From assembly GCA_002269645.1 (NCBI GenBank), contig NIVC01000085.1, positions 496,001 through 560,000 on the forward strand: 64,000 bases of DNA, in the 5' to 3' direction. Positions 47,256 through 57,699 of the stretch are shown in pieces; position 1 is the stretch's first letter; each line of letters begins with the position of its first letter. Made by a program: the position numbers and the translations under genes. The notes under the pieces are model-generated. The model ran no database searches, was not told the DNA's origin, and was given only the letters and a program-made list of their open reading frames with translations. The stretch is from Macrostomum lignano (Eukaryota).

Positions 47256-49103
47256 AGATTGATAAAAAACAGGCCAGCAAAAGTGGCTTCTCAAAGCCAA
47301 AGCAATGAAAGAGAGAATTAAGCAAGTCAGCGGAAAATCCCAAATGTATTCAAATGTATCCCATATAGAATAACAATCAATTATGACAGCCTATGAAAGA
47401 CTAAATGAAGCCATTGACAATATGGAAAGCCAACAAGGCATCCAGCATGCCTTGACAACAAGAAAGTGAGAGATATTATTATGACAGGCAGGGTTGTTAA
47501 AGAAAGAAATCTGCTTGACTGGTCAATTTTGACTCTTTTATAGCGAAGTTGTGAAGCCGAGTTCCCCACCATCCATATGCCTCCCTTTCTAGCAAATAAT
47601 CCTCCCAAACCCCCAACTCGAGCTGTGCTCACTGAAGCTGGCACGGGACATTGGAAAGTCATGGAAGTCACTGCAGCTTGTCATAATTGAGGGAGCTTAT
47701 TGAAGCCGACGCAAGCAAAGCCATACGGTTCTATGGTGTTGCCATGACATCGAGGCCAATATACGCTCTGCCGAACATGTCTCTCTCACCCTGCCATGGG
47801 AGATCACACCCCCTGAATACAGTATATTAGGTCTATTAAGGGCCCTGAGATCATTGAGCGCTTTTGAGTCTGAGCACTCGAGCGTGAAATATTTTGTTGT
47901 TAAAACACGCGCGCGAAGCCTATAGCGATGCCTAAATTAACATGGGGCTCATAAGATTCGAATATATAAGTTTTGTATCCGTGATGTCTTTCTTTGTATG
48001 TCAATTGTCAAGTCTGTATCCCGTCGCACGTCAGCTCCTTGTTTGTTTGTTTGTTTACTATGATTTTTTGTCTAACTCAGCTCGACAGGATAGTTATTAG
48101 GCTTAAGAAAGAATCTGTGTAATCGAAAAAAACTGATTGACAAGTTGACTTTTAATTTAGCTAAATTAGAAGGAACAAGATCGGGCTCTGAAAAAAGTTC
48201 CACCCAAACGGAATCCCCAGTCCTAACTTTCCCGTTAGAGCATTGCCTAACCTCTGATATTTGGGGAGTTTCGAACCCAACATAATTGCAGGTCTGTCTG
48301 AGATTTTTTCAGTCTCTAAATGTCGCGCTTGACTGTCTTTCTGTGTGAGACAGCTCGTGACATGAGCAGCGCCGTCGCCTGGGGGTAACAAATCTGTCGT
48401 GAGTCCACATTCCATTTTGCTTTTCTGTGGGGATCAGGGATTTAATCCAATTTTCTCCAATGGAATTTGCAAGTCTGCCAATTCATCTTTGCTCCACAAT
48501 ATAGTGGAGCGAAGAAATGTCTTGCGAAAAAAATGCGCAATGGCGCAACGGGAACAAATGGAATGGGCGAATGTCACCGATAATTGCTGGGGGAATTCGA
48601 GCTGGTTTAGCCGTTCTCCATCACCACTAGTCAGATGGCCTTTTTAATCCAATCACAGACTGCTGAGTCAAGGATGCCAAAGTGAACAAAACTTGCTAAT
48701 TTAATGCGCGAACAGAAATCCTGTTGCTTTTTTGGTTGGTGGCTTTGGGGGGGGGCAAAAAGTTTAAGTTGAAGCCCGTTATGACTGAGAATGAGAAATC
48801 TGAGTACGAACCAACTGTAAACTGAGAGAAGGCGAGAGTTAAGCGAGACCAAAAACACACGAAGTGGCTAAAGCCACGCGCAACGATTTATATATTTGCA
48901 ATGTACATCAATCAATGTACATCGCGATTATTTGCAGATGAATAACTCCGACCCAATAACAACCACACAACAGCGAAAACATTCACGCCTCTTACATCAC
49001 TCCTTCCCTAAATTGAGGATAATAAAAAACTGCGAAAAGACAAAAGAGGCAGTAAAACCATGAGAATTAAAAATGCACGAATAGCAAAAAATGAACCAGT
49101 AAA

Positions 49104-52100
49104 CTAGTTTTGCGCAGCATAAAAATCAGGCGGTCTTCGAGTCCTTGCAGAACGCCGAGGGCCGACTGCGGTCGGCTCATCCAGCAAGTCCGTCCAGGTC
49201 AGCCGCGGATCGACAGCCGGGCTGGGCGGTCGGCCGGCCTCTGCAGCGGGCGGATTCGGGGCGGACTGCCAGAAAGCGGGCTGCGGCCGCCTGCGCACGA
49301 ACAGCTTGAGCCGGTCGTGATGCACCACCGTGCTTCGTCTCCGGCCGGCGGGTTTTGAGATCCGGTAGGTGACGGGGCTCAGCCTCTCGAGCACGCGGTA
49401 CGGTCCCAGCCACCGCCGACGGAGAGCCTTGGACTGGCCCTTCAACACCGCCGGGTTGCTGAGCATCACCAGCTGCCCGACTTGGATCGGCGTGAAGTGC
49501 TGGCGCTTGTCGTACTGCTGCTTCCGTGACCGCTGTGTCGACTGCAGGCGCTGCCGCACGAGCTGCAAGCCGGTGCGAGCGTCTGCCAGCGTGTCCGTGA
49601 CGAGCCTCCTTTCGCCGCCTGCAGGTAAACTGAGCTCTGCCGGGATCCTGGGGTCACATCCGTGAAGCACTGCGTAGGGCGACCTCTTGGTGGTGCAGTG
49701 CGCTGAAGAGTTGTACGCCCAGATGACGTACGGCAGGAAGTCCGCCCATTTGTTCTGCTGTTCCATGCAGTACGCCGCCAGCATGTCGCCTAATGTTCGG
49801 TTGAACCGCTCGACTGCAGGGTTGCCGCTGGGATGGAAGGGTGTCGTTCTTGTCTTGCGAATATCCAGCAGGCGGCACAGCTCTTGGAAGATGTCACTTT
49901 CAAACTGACGACCCTGATCGGAGTGGATGACTTCGGGCGCTCCGTGGCGAAGAACGACACTCCTTAGCAGCGCATCCGCAACCGTCCGGGCCTCAATGTT
50001 GGACACCGCGGTCGCCTCAACCCACTTGGAAAACACGTCCGTGAAGCAGATGATGTACCTGAGGCCGGCTTCAGTCTCTGGGAGGGGCCCTTTGATGTCC
50101 ACCTGCACCATCTCCCAAGGAGCTGATGGCACGGTGTTGATCTGCAGCGGTGCCCTCTGGTGCTGATGCGGTACCTTGCGACGCTGACACACTTCGCAGC
50201 TGCTCACCCAGTGCTGGACGTCGTCCTTTAGGCCGGGCCACCAAGCTCTGCTGACGACTCTGGCCAGCGTCCTTTCGGTTCCGAGGTGCCCGCTTGCAGG
50301 ATCGTCGTGCAGCAGCTGCAGCAGGTCCTGGCGAAGCTGCCGCGGGATGACGGGTTGGCCACTCTTCTTGAGGACGCCATCTTCACCAAGGTCCAGCTTC
50401 TCTGTCCTCACCAGGTGTTCTGCGTCATCTGCAGCCTTGCCACGTCTTGGCCTTTGTCCGAGGAGCACTTGTCGAGCCGCCGCTAGCACTGGGTCGTCAG
50501 CCTGCGCTACACGGATGTCGTTGTCCGACCAGGCAGGGTGCAGCCGGGTCGCCGCTGCTCGGCTCAGTGCGTCCGCAACCACGTTTTCGCGACCAGGTCT
50601 GAAGAGCAGCTTGAAGTTGATCTCCTGCAGAAACGTAATCCATCTGGCTAGCCGGCCTTCTGGCTCCTTGGTGTTGAGCAGCCCTTGCAACGGCTTGTGG
50701 TCGGTGAAGACGAGAATTTCGCCAGCGGACGCCAAGTAGTTCCGGAAATGCTTCATCGCCCAGACCACCGCAAGAAGCTCTCTGTGGGTAGTCGAATAAT
50801 TGCGCTCCGCTTTGTTCAGGACTCTCGACGCGTAGGCTACCCGACACTCGGCATCTTCGTGGAGCTGGCTCAGGACGCCGGCGATGGCCACTCCGCTGCT
50901 GTCACAGCACAACCGGAATCCCTTGGAGAAGTCAGGCAGCTTCAGTACGGGTGGTGTCGACAGAGCTGACTTCAGCTTCCGCAGAGCGTCATCGCACTGA
51001 GTTGTCCATTGAAACTGTCGACTCTTCTGAGTCGCCTGATGAAGCGGATTAGCGATGCTGGCGAAGTGCGGAACGAAACGCCGGTAGAAGCCCAGCATGC
51101 CGACAAGCCGGCGAACATCCTCAGCGCATTCGGGTATCGGGATGGACTGGATAGCGCTGACCTTGTCCTGAGTTGGTCGAATGCCTTCTGCCGAGATTTT
51201 GTGTCCTAGGTACTCAACCTCCTGGAAGCAGAAGTAGCTCTTGCGTTTGTTCAATTTGAGGCCGGCAGACTGCAGTCTTCCCAGGACCTGTTCCAGTGTT
51301 TCCGCATGCTTCTCGAAGGTCTGACTAAACAGAATCAGATCGTCCATGTACGTGAGCACCTCTGTCCAGTTCAGGCCGGCCATTGTTAGGTCCATCAGGC
51401 GCTGAAAGGTTGCCGGGGCGTTGCAGAGGCCGAACCCGAGTTTCCTGTACTGCATCAGGCCCTGCGTGGTGTAGAAAGCGGTCTTCTCCCGGTCTTGCTC
51501 TCGCAGCTCAACCTGCAGGAACCCTTGGCGGAGGTCAAGAGTGCTGAACCAACTGCTTCCAGTGAGCGCGTCCAGCGCAGCAGACAGCGGAGGCAGCGGG
51601 TAGGCGTCCTTCACGGTGCACGAGTTGAGGGCTCTCCAGTCGGTGCAGATTCGAATCTCGTTGTTTTTCTTTCGCACCACAAGCAGATTACTCGCCCATG
51701 GACTGCAGGACGGCTCGATAATCCCGTGACGCCGCATCTCGCTAATTTTCTCGTCCACTTGCTGCCGGTAATTCAGGGGAACGGTCCGTTGCCTATGCTT
51801 GATGGGGCGACTGCCGGGTTCCAGATTAATCTCGTGTTGCAGCAGGTGTGTTGTTCCCAGGTCAAACTCGTGCCTGGCGAATGCCTGCTCTGCCTGGCAC
51901 AGCAAGGATTCGATGCGCTCGCGCTGCGACTCGCTCAGCTCCGGGTTGATGTTAAAGCCAGCTTCCTCTTCACCAGGTTCACCGTCTGCTCCGTTTACTT
52001 CTGCAGCGTCGAAGTTGCCGATTGCCTGGTTCTGGTAGAGCACCACCGGGTCGGCACTCACGTTGCAGACGCCCACTGGGAGATTTCCGTCTACGCTGGA

Positions 52101-53555
52101 GACCACCAGAGCCCTGTTTGGCAGCAGGCCAGTCTTGTCGATAAAATCTGAGCTGGGCTCGAATAGACCCTGCTCGACAGACGATGGCACTTTGACTGGG
52201 ATGATGACGCGGCTGCGGGCTGGAATGGACACGGTGCTGGCAACTCTGGCAATCACGGCGGTGGGCACCACTCGGCAGGCCTGCGAGGAGCTCCTGTCCG
52301 GCAAGATCGAGATCCTGGTTGACCCCAGCTGGACAGAAGACGCCGGGAGATTGACGCTAAAACTTGAGCACATTTTCCCGATGGCGTCCATACCGAGCAC
52401 GCATTCCGGCTGAATCCCGGCAACCACCATTACCTGGTGCTCCACGGATGGCAGTCCCTCTAGCTGTATCGCTAGCGTTGCACTCGCCGGAGACTCCAAG
52501 CGTCGACCATCGATACCGACCGGAGTGCTGATAGGAGGATGAAGCTGAGCATCGACTCCTAGAACTCGAAGCAGCGCAGCTGAAACTAAAGTTACCTGTG
52601 CGCCAGTGTCGAACAGCCACCTGCAGGGCCGGCCAGCAATGCTGCCGGGCAGAAATATTGAGACGGTTTGGGCCTTGCTAGGCAGGGCTGGTGATGGCCC
52701 GCGCTCACCAGTCCTCAGAAGTTTCCCGAAGCCGGGGTCGGGCAGACCTCGGCCCGGTGTCCTCTGCCTGAGCAGCGGCTGCACAGACGGCACAGCTGGA
52801 GCGACTTGCTTGCCTGGACACTGAGCAGCGAAATGACCGGGCTGAGCGCAGTTGAAGCATTTTCCACGGGTGCTGCCTCTTCCACGAGCTGCATTCCTTC
52901 TCCCACCGCGCTGTCCTCCGCGGCTGCCAATGGTGGCGACCGTCGCAGCCAGATCCGCCAACTGCTCTTGCATTTGCTCCAGCCGGTCAGTCACTTGGCT
53001 GCTCACCGATGTCACTGCGACGCTTGCCGGGGCTCCTTTGCTGCCGATGCTCTCCAGCGCTGTGGCGCGGTCTGCCAGCTGTTCAGGACTGCTGCTGTCA
53101 TAATCCGAAGCTTTCAACAGAGCCTCACGGATCTCTGTCGGCAGCAGAGCTAGCAGTCGGTGTCGCACTTCGCAATCTCTCACCGTTTGAGCGTGCTCCG
53201 AGCGTGCCTTTCGATACAGAAGCTTGAGTGCGTAGCACAGCTCCCTCAGCGACTCTCCTTGGCGTCGCTTCCGGCTCTCGAACTCAGACATAGCGCGAAA
53301 AGTGTTATCCTTGCCTCTGTAGAACTTGACGAGTTCGTCCTTTAAGATCTTGTAGCTGCTCTGTTTGGCCGCTGGCAGGTCCCAGACGAACACGAGGGCT
53401 TCACCTGATAGAAGCAGCTTGATCTTGGATGCCATCTTGGTGTCGTTCCACTCAGAATCTGCTGCAAAGTCCTCAAACATCTGCAGCCACATGTTGATAT
53501 CAGTATCGTCTGAGCCAGAAAACTTTGGCGGTAAAAGTGCATTTGCGTGCGCCAT
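49104..53555 (-). CDS. Gypsy Gag-Pol polyprotein (gag, knuckle, protease, RT, RNase H, integrase), read as one ORF in this sequence
   Basis: CFNCAQPGHFAAQC, LFDTGA, YMDD, CDSSGVAIAGVL...ELLAVVW, HDDPASGH...CEVC, DIKGP...SDQG...VERFN, GPY. Domain order PR-RT-RH-IN. First ATG at 53555. Confidence 0.95.
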   Translation of the reverse strand: MAHANALLPPKFSGSDDTDINMWLQMFEDFAADSEWNDTKMASKIKLLLSGEALVFVWDLPAAKQSSYKILKDELVKFYRGKDNTFRAMSEFESRKRRQGESLRELCYALKLLYRKARSEHAQTVRDCEVRHRLLALLPTEIREALLKASDYDSSSPEQLADRATALESIGSKGAPASVAVTSVSSQVTDRLEQMQEQLADLAATVATIGSRGGQRGGRRNAARGRGSTRGKCFNCAQPGHFAAQCPGKQVAPAVPSVQPLLRQRTPGRGLPDPGFGKLLRTGERGPSPALPSKAQTVSIFLPGSIAGRPCRWLFDTGAQVTLVSAALLRVLGVDAQLHPPISTPVGIDGRRLESPASATLAIQLEGLPSVEHQVMVVAGIQPECVLGMDAIGKMCSSFSVNLPASSVQLGSTRISILPDRSSSQACRVVPTAVIARVASTVSIPARSRVIIPVKVPSSVEQGLFEPSSDFIDKTGLLPNRALVVSSVDGNLPVGVCNVSADPVVLYQNQAIGNFDAAEVNGADGEPGEEEAGFNINPELSESQRERIESLLCQAEQAFARHEFDLGTTHLLQHEINLEPGSRPIKHRQRTVPLNYRQQVDEKISEMRRHGIIEPSCSPWASNLLVVRKKNNEIRICTDWRALNSCTVKDAYPLPPLSAALDALTGSSWFSTLDLRQGFLQVELREQDREKTAFYTTQGLMQYRKLGFGLCNAPATFQRLMDLTMAGLNWTEVLTYMDDLILFSQTFEKHAETLEQVLGRLQSAGLKLNKRKSYFCFQEVEYLGHKISAEGIRPTQDKVSAIQSIPIPECAEDVRRLVGMLGFYRRFVPHFASIANPLHQATQKSRQFQWTTQCDDALRKLKSALSTPPVLKLPDFSKGFRLCCDSSGVAIAGVLSQLHEDAECRVAYASRVLNKAERNYSTTHRELLAVVWAMKHFRNYLASAGEILVFTDHKPLQGLLNTKEPEGRLARWITFLQEINFKLLFRPGRENVVADALSRAAATRLHPAWSDNDIRVAQADDPVLAAARQVLLGQRPRRGKAADDAEHLVRTEKLDLGEDGVLKKSGQPVIPRQLRQDLLQLLHDDPASGHLGTERTLARVVSRAWWPGLKDDVQHWVSSCEVCQRRKVPHQHQRAPLQINTVPSAPWEMVQVDIKGPLPETEAGLRYIICFTDVFSKWVEATAVSNIEARTVADALLRSVVLRHGAPEVIHSDQGRQFESDIFQELCRLLDIRKTRTTPFHPSGNPAVERFNRTLGDMLAAYCMEQQNKWADFLPYVIWAYNSSAHCTTKRSPYAVLHGCDPRIPAELSLPAGGERRLVTDTLADARTGLQLVRQRLQSTQRSRKQQYDKRQHFTPIQVGQLVMLSNPAVLKGQSKALRRRWLGPYRVLERLSPVTYRISKPAGRRRSTVVHHDRLKLFVRRRPQPAFWQSAPNPPAAEAGRPPSPAVDPRLTWTDLLDEPTAVGPRRSARTRRPPDFYAAQN
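52670..52727 (-). other. Putative -1 programmed ribosomal frameshift signal (G GGA AAC plus predicted H-type pseudoknot)
   Basis: Heptamer at 52727-52721; 6-nt spacer TTCTGA; stem 1 GGACTGGTGA/TCACCAGCCC; loop GGGCC able to pair with GGCCC 10 nt downstream. Confidence 0.75.
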
Positions 53556-53773
53556 AAGTGAGCCGGTTTGCAACTGAGGCCGCTGCCACCAATGTAAACT
53601 GAGAGAAGGCGAGAGTTAAGCGAGACCAAAAACACACGAAGTGGCTAAAGCCACGCGCAACGATTTATATATTTGCAATGTACATCAATCAATGTACATC
53701 GCGATTATTTGCAGATGAATAACTCCGACCCAATAACAACCACACAACAGCGAAAACATTCACGCCTCTTACA

Positions 53774-53904
53774 CAACTAACTAACTATCTAACTAACTAA
53801 CTAACTAGCTAACTAACTATCTAACTAACTAACTAACTAGCTAACTAACTATCTAACTAACTAACTAACTAGCTAACTAACTATCTAACTAACTAACTAA
53901 CTAG

Positions 53905-53963
<59 letters not shown>

Positions 53964-53976
53964 GCTAACTAACTAT

Positions 53977-54048
<72 letters not shown>

Positions 54049-54132
54049 GTAAGTAACTATCTAACTATCTATCTAACTAACTAACTAACTAACTAACTAT
54101 CTAACTAACTAACTAACTAGCTAACTAACTAT

Positions 54133-54228
<96 letters not shown>

Positions 54229-54312
54229 GTAAGTAACTATCTAACTATCTATCTAACTAACTAACTAACTAACTAACTATCTAACTAACTAACTAACTAG
54301 CTAACTAACTAT

Positions 54313-54395
<83 letters not shown>

Positions 54396-54400
54396 GCTGA
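53774..54400. repeat. (CTAA)n microsatellite with CTAG/CTAT variants and an internal block duplication of about 180 bp
   Basis: Direct; the variant block TAAGTAAGTAACTATCT recurs at about 54047 and 54227. Confidence 0.96.
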
Positions 54401-54796
54401 CTAACTGAGTTAGCTGGGGGAGCTGCTGAGATGTCAAGGCTCATGGTGAACTCGCTGAAATGCCGTGGCTCATGGGGAGTTGCTCAGATGCTTTGAGCCA
54501 ACGCTCATTGGGAAGCTGTTCTCTATCATCATTATCATCAACAGTCTGTGAGTCTGGTGCCCTTATTAACCCAAACACAGACTGTCCTACGGTTCAATTT
54601 TGAACAAAAGTGCAAGTTTTTGATTAGTTAATTATAGCTGCAAATTGAAATCATGGAGCCTTTTTGAGTAATTAAGAGATTTTTACCTGCTGTTCTGGTC
54701 TTATACCGGATTTGTGAATAGAACTAATAATTTAGACAATAATTTAGACAATAATTTAGAAACAAAGTAAACTTTAGATTAGGGGGGGGGGGCATC

Positions 54797-55353
54797 CTCC
54801 GACCCACGGGCCACATGCGGCCCTCAAAGCCTCTCTATCCAGCCCTTGGGTCATTTGAAACTGCACAATAGCAATCCGGCCCGCTTAAGGCCTTGTCTCT
54901 TCTCAGCTCTTTTCGCTCTAATCTTCTCTCTCCTCTTTTCCTCTCCTCCCTTCTTTCCTCTTCTCTCCTCTCCTCTCCTCTCCTCTCCTCTCCTCTCCTC
55001 TCCTCTCCTCTCCTCTCCTCTCCTCTCCTCTCCTCTCCTCTCCTCTCCTCTCCTCTCCTCTCCTCTCCTCTCCTCTCCTCTCCTCTCCTCTCCTCTCCTC
55101 TCCTCTCCTCTCCTCTCCTCTCCTCTCCTCTCCTCTCCTCTCCTCTTCTCTCCTCTCCTCTCCTCTTCTTTCTCTTTTTTCTCTTCTCTCTATCCTCTTC
55201 TATTTCGTCACTCCTCTCTTCTTCATTTCCTAGCCTCTCCTTTTTCCTATCTCTCTTCTCTCTTCTCTATTCCCTCTCCTCTCTCCCCTCCTCTGTCCCG
55301 CAGTCATGCGTTATCTGGTTTTACCTCGAGGTAAAAAAGCTTGTCGACCCTCG
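54797..55353 (+). mobile_element. hAT (Charlie-like) MITE containing a (CTCTC)n tract
   Basis: Left part matches 13940-14050; right end GGTAAAAAAGCTTGTCGACCCTCG resembles GGTAAAAAATTTGCCGACCCGTG at 27328-27350 and about 34456-34478. Confidence 0.65.
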
Positions 55354-55389
55354 CTGTAGATGCTTGACGGCTGTGGTGATCAGAATTTA

Positions 55390-56228
55390 CTTGTAGCTCG
55401 AGAGGGAGAGGGTGAGAGGGAGAGGGTAAGGTGGAGACTGTGAGGGGGAGACTGTGAGGGGGTGAGGGGGAGACTGTGAGGGGGTGAGGGGGAGACTGTG
55501 AGGGGGTGAGGGGGAGACTGTGAGGGGGTGAGGGGAGACTGTGAGGGGGTGAGGGGGAGAGGGTGAGGGGGAGACTGTGAGGGGGAGACTGTGAGGGGGT
55601 GAAGGGGAGACTGGGAGGGGGTGAGGGGGAGAGGGTGAGGGGGAGACTGTGAGGGGGAGACTGTGAGGGGTGAGGGGGAGACTGTGAGGGGTGAGGGGAG
55701 ACTGTGAGGGGGAGACTGTGAGGGGGAGACTGTGAGGGGGAGACTGAGGGGTGAGGGGGAGACTGTGAGGGGGTGAGGGGGAGACTGTGAGGGGGTGAGG
55801 GGGAGACTGTGAGGGGGTGAGGGGGAGACTGTGAGGGGGTGAGGGGGAGAGGGTGAGGGGGAGACTGTGAGGGGAGACTGTGAGGGGGTGAGGGGGAGAC
55901 TTTGAGGGGGTGAAGGGGAGACTGTGAGGGGAAGACTGTGAGGGGGTGAGGGGGAGAGGGTGAGAGGGAGACTGTGAGGGGGAGACTGTGAGGGGGAGAC
56001 TGTGAGGGGGAGACTGTGAGGGGGAGACTGTGAGGGGGAGACTGTGAGGGGGAGACTGTGAGGGGGAGACTGTGAGGGGGAGACTGTGAGGGGGAGACTG
56101 TGAGGGGGAGACTGTGAGGGGGAGACTGTGAGGGGAGACTGTGAGGGGGAGACTGTGAGGGGGAGACTGTGAGGGGGAGACTGTGAGGGGGAGACTGTGA
56201 GGGGGAGACTGTGATGGGGAGACTGTGA
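55390..56228. repeat. G-rich 14-bp minisatellite (GAGGGGGAGACTGT, with GAGGGGGT variants)
   Basis: Direct tandem copies. Confidence 0.93.
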
Positions 56229-56835
56229 TTTGAGCGAGTAAGTAAGGCCGGTAGGAGAAGCAGAGAGAAGTTATAAGAGGTTTTTGAGTAGTCAGAAGTA
56301 TGTTTGAAATGAGATTAGCTAAGCTGAATTGCGGTAAGATTTTATGAGTAAGAGCTCATCTTTCAGAACATTTGCACCTGTTTACGTGGGGTTATTATAT
56401 TTTGATATGATATTCAAATTTAGATTTTTTATTTGCTTTTAGAAAATTTCTTAGCATTACTGAAATCGAACTGACTGATTATTGACCTTAGGATTTTGCT
56501 CGAGCTTGATAGTCTTGAGCGGCATCCTTTGTTCAGAGTCAAAATCGTTTATAGTGTATGCTGAACCCTCTACTCACAGTAGTCTAGCTAGACAAAAATT
56601 TTATCTCATGGCTAGAAAAATCAGAAAAACACAATTCGAATGCCTAAATTAACATTTTTTGCTTCATAAATAGAGTGTAGCATTTAGATTTTTAATCACG
56701 AGCGTACAACAGTTTATTAAGTCATTACCCCTGTTGCTCTCTTGTGATTTCCTGTTTATACTTAGGAACAAGAGAATCTGTGTTGTGGCATAGCGTTAGT
56801 GGGCATTTTTATCAGGGGTAGGGTAGGGGCCCGTG

Positions 56836-57080
56836 CTGTGTGCACCCTGGCGCACTTTAGTACGAGCGTAAGTGACAGTGTCACACAACCGGCGAGAGGC
56901 ATTACTGCCCATTCCGCCGACCCCCCTGAGCAGGCACACAAGCGCGCGGATATGTACGCAGTCATACGCACAGGCCGTTAATTGCACGAGCAGAGCCAAG
57001 CCGAGGATTCGAATCTAGCCCCACTTAGAATCGAGCTTGGAATCGAGCCTGAGCCGCTAGCTCAACAAAGCGCCACGCCT
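56836..57080 (-). mobile_element. Diverged third copy of the 27615-27970 SINE family
   Basis: Shares CACACAACCGGCGAGAGGCATTACTGCCCATTCCGCCGAC, GGCCGTTAATTGCACGAGC and TTGGAATCGAGCCTG. Confidence 0.75.
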
Positions 57081-57699
57081 GACAGAGTGAGACGTGCGTC
57101 CCTTACCAATGATTCGTCGGTATGCTATTTTTAGACTAAACCCCCATCGCGGGCCTGGGGGCTACGGAGAGGTGGTGGAGCCAGTGTGTACATTGATCTT
57201 ACACTAACACTAACCAATGTACACTGAAGACTGTACAGTTATCTCGCTGTCCTTTCCTTACCCACCCCCAGTCTGTCTGTCCTGTCCCTTTTCTATCCTG
57301 AAAGTTCCTAGTTGGCACAACGAACACTGCACTCCATTAGGAGTTTTCGCTTTTGATCAGAATATCAAAGTGGTACTATTCTTGTTTTCTGCATTTACGA
57401 TAATATAATTTTATATTATAATTATTCTAGGGTATTTATTAGCAGTTATATAGTTTTCTATTAGCAAATAAGATTCACTCTTAAGCCACTTTAATTTAAA
57501 ACTTTGAATTTAAACTCAAGGTAAGTAAACGCAACGATTGCCTGTGACTGTGATAACACTTATCTGATAACAAATCTACAATGTACCTTAGTAAGTTAGA
57601 ATTAGTAATTATTTTTAAAATCATTTGAGCTAAATTTAAACTAAAAGTCTAAACCAGCAACCCTGTTTTATTTTTTTAGTTTTTCTATAAATCAATAAT

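Larger units (their letters stand above)
48816..53773 (-). mobile_element. Full-length Ty3/Gypsy LTR retrotransposon, very young
   Basis: 181-bp LTRs at 48816-48996 and 53593-53773 (TG...CA, identical by eye); TSD CAAC on both sides; PBS TGGTGGCAGCGG (53580-53591, tRNA-Leu-type 3' end); PPT AGGGAAGGAG next to the 3' LTR. Confidence 0.97.

Noticed and set aside
46351-47343. Long ORFs (309-330 aa) of SSPLL/ERRGE repeats; similar ones at 14006-14361 and 54846-55396
   Set aside because: Translations of (CTCTC)n/(GAGAG)n microsatellites, open in several frames because the repeat lacks stops.
48161-48660. Protein-like minus-strand frame next to the Gypsy 3' LTR
   Set aside because: Interrupted by a stop, with no recognisable motif and no convincing splice sites.
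53774-54400. Interstitial telomeric repeat
   Set aside because: The unit is TTAG (4 bp), not TTAGGG or TTAGG.
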